From contig NC_068999.1 in NCBI RefSeq assembly GCF_001194135.2, positions 15,991,807 through 16,037,927 on the forward strand: a stretch of DNA of 46,121 bases, given 5' to 3'. The translations under genes and the position numbers were made by a program. Source of the DNA: Octopus bimaculoides. Taxonomy: Eukaryota. Below, in pieces: positions 36,086 to 46,121 of the stretch (within the stretch, counting starts at the first letter, position 1; every line of letters begins with the position of its first letter). Below the pieces are notes generated by a model. The model saw nothing but the letters and a program-made list of their open reading frames with translations, did no database searches and was not told where the DNA came from.

Positions 36086-37300
36086 AAGGACGCAAAGCGA
36101 AGTTCGAGATCTGCACATCCGTGCACATACAAAATACCACCTCATGCATATACATCCTTGCATATATTGACTCATACATGTACATGCACAAAAAAGTATA
36201 GACGTATACATATGTATAAACGTGTATATGAAATTATATACCCATGCACACTGGCATTCCGTCTAAGGTTCCATATAAATACTTCTATTTTAAAATCACT
36301 TGAAAATTAGAAATAGATCAACATAGTTTTGTTAAATATTTCTGTTTAACGTTGAGTCAGATATGTCTCTTCTAATATTATTTGTATTGTGCGTATGATC
36401 TCGGTTGGATGGTTTTAGCTTGTGATATATAAATTCAATGCAAAGTTCACCAAACGCGTATATATCATCATAACAGGTTTCCAGCAGAATCTGCATAAAT
36501 ACATATATATTATCTGCATATAGATTATCTGCATATATATTATTTGTATACTTAAATGCATATATACGCACACGCACACATATTTATATGTATATTCATA
36601 CCCGCTCATATCCGCTTGCATATATTATACGTGCGTCTGTGTCGTACGTAAAAATAACACGCACTAACTGCGTGGGAGGAATTGTGTATAAATAACAAAA
36701 AAATGTTGCTTGATAACAAAGCTAAATATATAATTGCTATGAAGTAATGAAAGCCGTTTGTGAGATACATTAATGCTAAATTTTATGCTTCACTTATTTA
36801 TTACATAAATCTGTAAATTTGTGATGGGGAAAAGTTTGTGTGGAACATGTATATGTGTTTGTGTGTTTCTCTGTATCTGCTACACTGCATGCAACTTGTC
36901 TTATCAACAAGGCACATTCTACGTTTTCTAGTGAATAGTGCTCCAAACAAATTCATGTATTGGAAATTCGATCAGCCTTGTTTCCGCACTCACTAAAATT
37001 TTAAATTGTATTTTTCATTTAAGTGTAGGATTCCGGTAAACTGAAACGGGTATGAATAATTGTTCAAACGTATTCAATGCAACAAGACGAGTAGGTATGT
37101 GTGTATGTCTGCATATGTATATATTAGCCTTAGTCTGTGTATATAATTGTGTGTATACGCACGTACATATTCGTTTGTACATGCACAAAACATACATATA
37201 ATTATATATATATATATATATNNNNNNNNNNNNNNNNNNNNNNNNNNNNNNNNNNNNNNNNNNNNNNNNNNNNNNNNNNTATATATATGATTGAATGCAT

Positions 37301-37352
<52 letters not shown>

Positions 37353-38818
37353 AAAGATAGATACATGGGACAGAGTGTAAAAGGCAAAGTCATTAATGTA
37401 TTTGTATATGTAAATGAGTACTCACACACTATACACACATATATATGTATGTATGTGTGTATGTATGTTAGTATGTATGTATATATATGTATGCATGAAT
37501 GTATATATGTTTGTATTTATATATGAAAGGCAAAAATGGTACATGCAAAATCTCAGACAATATTAAGCGACAGATGGGAAAGAGAGAGATTGAGTATTTG
37601 GCAAAATCCTAAGAATTCTGTAGAAATATCTTGTATATGTCCCTTTAACTCATAAGTTCATATTGTACCAGGCTCAGTTCTGCTTCTTTCCCGATAACGA
37701 TAAAATTATTATTAGTTAATGAATACAAAAATTACTTCAGATCGATACGAACAAGCACAAACCAATGCAATCAAATGTACAGAACTGCAAAATGAATAAA
37801 ATAGTAAAAAGATGGGGTATTAATTCTTGTAAAATGGTTTAATAAACCGCCTGTATTTCAATTCATGGAATTAATTAATGAATTGTTATTGAAGACTGCT
37901 ATGTTCAGTTTCATAGATGATTGAATGGTTGGTGTGTTTAGAAATGTCAGAAGTGGCTAGACAGTAGAAGCTTGCTTCCAGACCGAGGAGAATTTGCCAT
38001 AAAATGTTTATCAGAAAAAAAATATGAACAAGAAACAAAATAAGCTTTAACGACAAATTGCTTTATTCTTTTGGTTCAATGTAGTTCTATAAAGCGATGC
38101 AGTATTTCCATTAGAATGGAGTGCATTATATTACTGCTCTTTGTATTGCTTAGTTTCAGAATATGATCTAAGTGGAGACGCATTCCAGAAGTGACCATCA
38201 CATTGATTATTTAACAACATATTTTTGCGTACACTTTCAATTTACGGTAGAACGATTTATTTTGAGATTAGGTTTTGCTGTTTTTTCTACGTTCGCTAGT
38301 GGTAATCTCAAAATACAAATACAAGAGGTCTTCTATTAGTTGTACAAAATCTACTCAGATAAGTGAGGTACCCGAAATGGTATACTATAGCCCCTATTAA
38401 TGCAACACATTAACGTGAACTCGACGCCAAGAATTTCAAGCAAAAGCATTTTTTTTTACGTATGAAATGAATATAAAATCACGGTTGACGTCTCTGTTCA
38501 TATAATTTTAGTTTTCATTACTATTGACATGAAATATATCGTATCTTATGTGAAATGACAGGTGTTCTGAATGAATTCATAAAACTGTAGGGATAAATGT
38601 AAATACATACATATATTCATAATACATATATGCATAAACACACACACATATCTATACATACACACACAACTATATGCACATAAGTATTCATGCATACATA
38701 CAAACATACACACACATATATAAATACATACATTAATATATTCATTACATTTTTATGGGGAGAAGCCATATTTCAGAGAATGAAAGAAAATAAGAAAATA
38801 ACACGAAATATATTACAG

Positions 38819-38910
38819 GGAAAGGAAAATATTGGTAATGCTGACTTCGTGAAAACGTGTTGTTTGGAGTAGGACATGTGTGATGTGGAATTTCGCTTAC
38901 ATATTCATAT
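38819..38910 (+). repeat. Copy 1 of a ~91-bp local direct duplication (copy 2 at 40165-40254)
   Basis: GGAAAGGAAAATATTGGTAATGCTGACTTCGTGAAAACG...GTAGGACATGT.TGATGTGGAA...CGCTTACATATTCATAT shared by both copies. Confidence 0.95.
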
Positions 38911-39253
38911 CTATATTTACACACACAATACACTCAAAAATATCATCGAAATAAAACAGCAAACATATACACATACATGTAGAGGGACTACATTCACCAA
39001 CAATAACATGCGTACACAGTATGCGTGCCTGAGTGTGTCTGTGGTATATGTTGCTTTTAATCCATCAGATTAATACATTAATGTAAAAAATATAGTAAGT
39101 TATATTTTCAGATACGTTTCATGTGATTCTGCACATATGTCATTCTACAAAGGGCATATATACGCACATACATCCTTGTATTTATTTGTGCATACAACTT
39201 ATGGACCTGTAAGTAATATAAATATATTTGTACATGTATGTATGCATGCGTGT

Positions 39254-39324
<71 letters not shown>

Positions 39325-40164
39325 AATATATTTATAATATATATAATGTGTATATATGTATATAATGCAAAAAAAAACGAACAAAAAAAGACAACAACGC
39401 AAGGACGTGGTACAGGCAAAGTATTAGCAGACAGTAACGTATTTGTATACATTTGTAGATAAATTTACGTGTATAGATGAGTGTGTATATATGTGTGTGT
39501 TTTAGTAGTCATGTGTATGTGTTTCTGTATATATTACGTTTTTGTATAGCTCTTCTTTATGTCCAACATACATAAATAATGTATGTGGACTTATTTTTAC
39601 CAGTATGGATATATGCGTTAATCCTCATATACAAACATTTCAATTTTTATCCCTTGCTTTTCCATCTATCTCATTTCATTCTGTTTTCTTTCTCTCTGTC
39701 CCTCACTCAATCCTCTAATTGAATAGTACTGATTTTTATTTGAGTATATCAAGTGACGTTATCTTTATGTTCGTGTATTTAGTACGAATAATGGAGAACT
39801 GTCTGCCTTTTTCTTTATGCAGCATATTATATTTCATTTCTGATAATTTAATGTAGTTATTTTATACCATAGACACGATGTGCCTAAAAATAAATTCTCC
39901 TGTTGAGAAACTTCTTTAAGCTTATTAATTAGACTCCAAGAAAATATATGGTTGTGCGTTATGTCACCGGGGCAACTAAATTATAAGATATATAATTTTA
40001 CGCATTGTGCTTCAATATATTCCTTGGAAGATGTGTATCTGATAGTTATGAAGATATCTATATCACCCTAAATAAGTTGGATCCAACACCTGGCCCTTGC
40101 GTGCCTCTATCAGAGTCTTTATCTCTTGCAAGATTATGGACAAGGACCTCTTTAATGCCCTGAG

Positions 40165-40254
40165 GGGAAGGAAAATATTGGTAATGCTGACTTCGTGAAA
40201 ACGTTCTTTGGTGTAGGACATGTATGATGTGGAACTGCGCTTACATATTCATAT
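40165..40254 (+). repeat. Copy 2 of the ~91-bp local direct duplication
   Basis: As above; differs by a 2-nt indel and a few substitutions. Confidence 0.95.
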
Positions 40255-41113
40255 TTGTTCGTATTTTCTAGGTTCTGTTACTAGATTTTGTCATGGTATT
40301 CTTCGCATTCATTTGTTTCTAGGTTGATAGAAAGAAAATCCCAATCCAGTATAATGTATGAGTTCAAATCGTTGGAGGGATGCGTTATGGTGTGTGTCCT
40401 GACTCGATTGCATTCTGCTAGCAGATACATGCATCTAAAACTACCCAACATTTGCGGCATTTCGTTTTAAAAAAGAGATGTTATGCAAGAACAACTTCGA
40501 ATATTCCACAAGCATCACAAAAATAAATCTTGCCTAGTTCTACGCAGTGGTTGCAGGTAATATGTTCAACAGTGACCGATAGTAACACCTTCGTCACTCT
40601 TTGTAGTGCTTATCATGTGTTTTCATTTTTGCTCTTCTCTTTCCTCCCGTCAATGCCCGAGTTTATGCAAAATGATTACGGAAATTTCCGTCTCGCTCAA
40701 ACCGTCTTACAATGACAAAGTCAACAACTGCCTTCTCTTTGTCATATGCTGCAAACATATCGAATGCCGGGTATTATAGTATAATCCTTATTGTTACGAT
40801 TCCTTTTACAATATATACGCTGTATGGTTCAGACATTATGTACAATCTTTCAGAAGTAGAGTTTGGAATACGATGAATTGTAAAATATAATTTCTACATT
40901 TGGAAACCAGTCTTTAATATTCTAAAGTAAATAAATGTCAACAACATACGAAACCTCAACATCGCCCTATGCAATAATACTGACAGCAACAGGATGCCTG
41001 TTTAACTTCTTTATCCGTTTTAAATTAGTGAAAATAAATATGGTCATTGCAATTTGGAAAATAACCACTGCCACAAAAATGTCTACATGGTTTGGTAACA
41101 TTTATTGTTTTAG

Positions 41114-41169
41114 CTGTCAAGGAGAGTGGATATTATCAATACAAAGCAATCAATTTGATTACATGTTTG
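41114..41169 (+). CDS. Candidate 56-nt exon (xVKESGYYQYKAINLITCL or CQGEWILSIQSNQFDYMF)
   Basis: Acceptor acatttattgttttag, donor TTG|GTATGT, two open frames. Confidence 0.3.
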
Positions 41170-41884
41170 GTATGTAAAGTTTTAAATGTAGTATTAATAG
41201 AGATTGAATATTTTACAGGATGGTAGAGCAATATTTCTAAGTTTGCCATAATCCTGATTAAGGTACTTTTCCTAATGTTTCCATATTTGAAAATGTTGGT
41301 TTAATTAGCGCAACTAGATTAGATGGGAATTCACATATAATCTTTAAGTGAGAATATTGTTGCTCCGTTATTAGTATTCCATACATCAACTAATAAGGAG
41401 TTCCGGTGTAATTCTATGTCACGCTTCATTGATCTAATGCATCATGTTCTCGTTAACTTATCTATAATCTTTGATGAATGTATCAAGCTGTTATCGGCTG
41501 TACGAAGAACAGTCCAGTGAGTAGAGATTGTACGACTTGAAAGTGAGAATACATGCGCATATTTAGCATGATAATATACGCATTATTACAATGTTGGAAA
41601 AAAAATTGCCTTATTTCGGAATGCCAAATGCAGGATTACATCAAATAATTCATTTTCAAAGAAAGTAAGGAGGTTAATTTCTTTCAATCTAATAGATTAA
41701 AACCAAAACGTGTCAGATACGGTTAAGTGATGCTCATGGTTATTGAGATGCTTAGCGCCGTATTTCTAAATCTTAATAAATTAATCATTTTCCTACAGTA
41801 AGGACTTCACCTGATATGCATGTCTGTGCACGTGTGCTTTAATGCATATATGTATGTGTGTGTGTGTATATATACACACATTCA

Positions 41885-41923
<39 letters not shown>

Positions 41924-42105
41924 GTATATATATAAAGCATATAAAACACGCAAACACATTCACACACGCATANNNNNNNNNNNNNNNNNNNNNNNNNNNN
42001 NNNNNNNNNNNNNNNNNNNNNNNNNNNNNNNNNNNNNNNNNNNNNNNNNNNNNNNNNNNNNNNNNNNNNNNNNNNNNNNNNNNNNNNNNNNNNNNNNNNN
42101 NNNNN

Positions 42106-42142
<37 letters not shown>

Positions 42143-42429
42143 CCTGCTGGCCCAGCGAAATTATTATTTTCTGAAATAATGTGAACAAAAGTAAAACTAA
42201 ATGGAAAATCTTTCTGGAAGTTACTAAAGCTACAATAGTGATATATTTTTCATTCAGGCTCCTTTTGTTATCTGATAAGTGCATAGCCACTGAAATGGAT
42301 TAAGTCTATTGAATTATGTCAGCATTGAAATGAATTTGATGCCCGTTTAGGATAGCTGTGAACAATTTCTAATATACTGCTTCAATAATCTGAAGTAGTT
42401 TCCCAAACGATGATATTCATCTCCTCCCC

Positions 42430-42535
42430 AGATTTCTGTCTCCTTTATGTTTTCTTCTTCTTCTTCTCCTCCTTCTTCTTCTTCTCCTCCTTCTTCTTCT
42501 TCTTCTTCTTCCTTGCCTCCTCATCCTTCTATCTG
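42430..42535. repeat. (TTC/CTC)n polypyrimidine microsatellite
   Basis: Direct. Confidence 0.9.
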
Positions 42536-43361
42536 CTCTTCATTCGAATTCGCCTTTTATGCATTTTTCTCCAATATTTATCTATATTTCTTCACAATAT
42601 TCTTTAGTCTCCTTTTTTCATTCACTCACGTCTCCGCATTCTTGTTCTCCTTTATATTTCTTCTCCTACCTTTACCACCTATATTTTCATAGTTTACTAC
42701 TTTCCATAATATTACTATTAATCGATAAAAGCTGGGTATAAATTTATTTCCATCCTCCTACATTCTGGTTTCAAATCTTACTAATGTTATTGTTAATTTT
42801 CATCCCTTCGCCTCCGACCAATCAAACGCTTGCTAATTCAAACGTTACATCCGCGTGCCATTGTAATTGTTTATTGATAATATTGTTTTCTCGGAAAATA
42901 GATAAGTACGTCTCAGAAATCATTCATACAATTAATCAGAGTTAAATAAAAAGCTGTGTGACAATGGCTTAATAATCTTCACATTCTAATGTCAATAAAT
43001 AGCAGGAGAGGCATATATATATCCTTATAGGTTAACTGTCAAATATATCTACAGCTATAGTTCTGTATTATTCTATAATATGTCAGAAAATGACAGATTA
43101 TAAATCACTAGAGAACTACTAGTTGACTAATACGCTTTACTTTCCATTCCTTAAAGTCAGGATGTATTTTCCATATATGTATCAATGAATCCATTATCGA
43201 TCGTAATCACTATGAATTGTACTTGTTTCTGTGGTCTCATATACAATTTTGCTGATTCTGGCTGTATTAAGCTCCCTAGAAACATTTTCAATCTTGCTTT
43301 CCTTTGATATGAAAAACTTGATTCTAATATTGAGCATTACTCAATATTATAATTACATGTT

Positions 43362-43550
43362 AAGACGTCAAACTGTTGGAATCGTTATCACGACGGGCAA
43401 AATACTTAGCGGTATTTCCTTTGTCTTACGTTCTGAGTTCAAATACTGCCAAGGTCTACTTTGCTTTCATTCCTTTGGGGACGTTGGTGTCGATGTAATT
43501 GGCTTAGCCCCTCCAAAATTGCTGGACTTTAGCCAAAATTTGAAACGAAT
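43362..43550 (+). mobile_element. Old tRNA-derived SINE ending in an (ATT)n tail
   Basis: GGAATCGTTATCACGACGGGCAAAATACTTAGCGGTATTTC...GAGTTCAAATAC...TGTCGATGTAATT...AAATTTGAAACGAAT(ATT)n. Confidence 0.85.
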
Positions 43551-43589
43551 ATTATTATTATTATTATTATTATTATTCCATGTATTAAA

Positions 43590-43820
43590 GGCGGCGAGCT
43601 GGCAGAAACGTTAACGCGCCGGACGAAATGCTTAGCGGTATTTCGCCTGCCGTTACGTTCTGAGTTCAAATTCCGCCGAGGCCGACTTTGTCTTTCATAC
43701 TTTCGGGGTCGATAAATGAAGCACCAGTAACGCACTGGGGTCGACGTAATCGACTTAATGTCTTTGTCTGTCCTTGTTTGTCCCCTCTATGTTTAACCGC
43801 TTGTGGGCAATAAAGAAATA
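43590..43820 (+). mobile_element. Young, full-length tRNA-derived SINE
   Basis: GGCGGCGAGCTGGCAGAAACGTT (A-box), GAGTTCAAATTCC (B-box), central CTTTCATACTTTCGGGGTCGATAAA, 3' tail ...GTGGGCAATAAAGAAATA. Confidence 0.92.
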
Positions 43821-44021
43821 AGAAACGTTAGCACGCTGGGCGAAATGCTTAGCGGTATTTCGTCTGTCTATGTTCTGAGTTCAAATTCTGCCGAGGTCGA
43901 ATTTGCCTTTCAACTTTTCGGGTTCGATGAATTAAGTACCAGTTGCGTACTGGTGTCGAACTAATCGACTGGTCCCTTCCAAAAAATGTCGGGCCTTGTG
44001 CCTAGAGTAGAAAAGAGTATT
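43821..44021 (+). mobile_element. Headless SINE unit fused directly to the previous SINE, with a different 3' tail
   Basis: Starts AGAAACGTTAGCACG (lacks GGCGGCGAGCTGGC) and ends GGGCCTTGTGCCTAGAGTAGAAAAGAGTATT, like 23770-23966. Confidence 0.9.
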
Positions 44022-44769
44022 GCGTGTATGAGAATTCTTGCTATTAGATTGGAGTTGTTTTGAGAAGAATGCGTGGTGTACAAGTATTTTTTTTCTTGAA
44101 ATTTCGATATTCAGAATGCATATTCTGTTCTTTTATGTAAACGAATTATGGTATCAAATTTCTTAGTGACTCCTCTTTACAAATACATCCCGTAATTGTG
44201 TTGCTTTTCACATAATTTATTTCCATCCTTTTTATAATTATTCTACTGCGTTGCAAAACGAACCAAATTGTGCCCTTCAGAAACCTTTTTAAAATAAATC
44301 ATACTTGGAAATACTGTTCCAACATGAGCAAACACACTGATGTACTACACATTATATTATACAATAACTGTATAATATTCTATACGATGATATATATATA
44401 TAGTTATTATATAAAACACAGTACAGTTAGTGTATAATGCACAGCCAATATTCAGTTCTTGGTGAGAAGTGATACATAGTGACTAATGTCAGATTCGTTT
44501 ACCTGTTTTCCACAACGTACAGTGAGGAAACTGAGTATGATTTTAGAATATAAAGCAAAGGATCAAGGAGACTCAGAATTATTACATTATTGTCTATTTC
44601 ACAGAATTATTGTCTATTTCTTCTTCCTAGAACCTTTACGAAACGTGTTTTACGTTCCATAATCTAATGGCATTATGCAAATTTAGTTATTAGAGAGTAA
44701 AAGTTATGTAATGGCAGTTAACAAATATTTAGAATAGAATTTTCTTAATAACTATTATTTTGTTATTGA

Positions 44770-44960
44770 AAATGGTGTGTGGACGCCCCCAGGCGAAGAA
44801 GTAGGATCTCTCAAGACATATAAATAGAGGTAGTCTGGCCGTGGTAGGAGTGTTGAGTAGCAGTCGAATAGCTGTTGAGTAGCAGTCGAGTAGCAGTTGG
44901 GTAGCGGTTGAGTAGAGATCATCCGAAGGTGCTACATAGCAGTAGCTTGAGACATAACAG
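44770..44960 (+). mobile_element. Interspersed repeat fragment with TATA box and internal 11-bp tandem array (LTR-like)
   Basis: TATAAATA 44819-44826; GAGTAGCAGT(C/T) x about 5.7 at 44855-44917; GC-richer than flanks. Element class is an inference. Confidence 0.45.
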
Positions 44961-46084
44961 AATATAGATAGTATTGTCTGCTATAACATTTTTTTTCATA
45001 CTCAAAATAGTAACTTTTTTCAACTGACTTTTATTTCCTACCTACGTTTGAGAAACGGGCCGAGTGCCATATTTGCGTCCGGCTTTTCTCTTCTCCTCTG
45101 CGTTTTAGGCTACATGTTAAAATTAGTAAGATGAATGTCATTGCCGTTGCATTTGATATCACCGTGCACTTATTTGTGTATATACAATTGCAAATACTTT
45201 TTCCTTAATATTTTTACGCTCACCATTTTAAAATTCATTGAAAATATACCACTCAAGTACTGAGATCGATTTATTCAGACTACATAATTTCCAAGTGCGT
45301 CAAGATTTACTCGGAGCCTAATACCTAGCATTAAAAGAAGGCTAACGTATTACGTATAGATAATGCTATCACTGTTAATTTATTATTATTATTATTAATA
45401 GTAGTAGTAATCAAATAAATATTGTAATCATCTAGTTCCACTGTTTGGATTTGCATGTCGTTCTAATTAGAGTAGAAATTCGTATGGCAGATACGAAAGC
45501 TAAGATAAAAGCAATATGCTTAATCAATATGTAAAACAACATCTGCTTGTGTTTTATCTAAATTCCTTGATATATTTAAGGAACAACGGAAACGGAATGA
45601 AAAATACATGATAAAGATCTTTTTTCAAATATTTCTATTCAACGTATTATCAGTGATGCAAAAACACATACATAACTACAAATGCATATTATTACATAGG
45701 CATACATATTAGCATACACACGACTGTGCGTGTGTGTACGTAGGTACGTATCTATGTATAGATGTTCAGTGAGTAATTGTGTGCGCGCGCGTGTAAGTAT
45801 ACGTATAACCACTCGCAAAATACAAATGTGTTTCTCTTCGCAAAGACACACGCACGGATACATAGAGTTATATGCATGGATTCGTGTGAGTGTGAGAGTG
45901 ACCGTGAGTGTGTATTTAAACATATAAAAATGCATATATAACTACCTCTCTCTCTCTCTCTCTCATTCTCTCTCTATCTATATATCTATCCATCTAACTA
46001 CCTACACTCAAACACGTATATATACATATGTCTACACATATACGCATATATATCTATTTCTATATCTATATCTATATATATATA

Positions 46085-46121
<37 letters not shown>

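Larger units (their letters stand above)
2307..42105. other. Ten assembly gaps: 2307-2899, 5982-6872, 9479-10272, 12249-12459, 14206-14790, 24704-25013, 25767-26732, 30612-30715, 37222-37279, 41973-42105
   Basis: Direct: N runs, nearly all bordered by (AT)n or (GT)n; real exons could be hidden inside. Confidence 0.99.

Noticed and set aside
8990-38600. Numerous 6-30-nt AG...GT microexon-like windows (e.g. 9-10 kb, 10501-10510, 13515-13531, 31537-31574, ~32870, ~33630, ~38160)
   Set aside because: Such windows arise often by chance in AT-rich DNA; no independent support.
2154-42290. Long ORFs (200-400 aa) in the ORF track
   Set aside because: They run through N gaps (X residues) and (AT)/(GT) repeats (YIYI, CVCV, HTHT); artefacts, not genes.

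Overview
AT-rich eukaryotic genomic DNA from a fragmented short-read-style assembly, with 10 N-gaps (about 4.6 kb) that are almost all bordered by (AT)n. The SINE families, the Penelope, R4/Dong, RTE and Tc1 remnants and the very high microsatellite load look like an octopus (coleoid cephalopod) genome. That assignment is from my recollection of the repeat families, not from a search. The window is intron/intergenic-like: no complete, recognisable protein-coding gene, no rRNA, no true tRNA and no CRISPR array. Well supported: about 12 tRNA-derived SINE copies, a decayed Tc1 transposon, a Penelope GIY-YIG 3' remnant, an R4/Dong-type LINE 3' end sitting in a (TAA)n tract, an RTE-like LINE 3' end with two decayed C2H2 fingers, a ~300-bp foldback palindrome, and many simple and compound microsatellites. 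Less certain: a + strand promoter-like region near 4.6-5.1 kb and a series of short + strand exon candidates (5.5-42 kb). One pair of these (28909-29141) resembles a candidate terminal exon at 1422-1526, suggesting two tandem paralogs of an unidentified gene. I cannot confirm a novel biological system here; the best leads need RNA-seq or homology searches.
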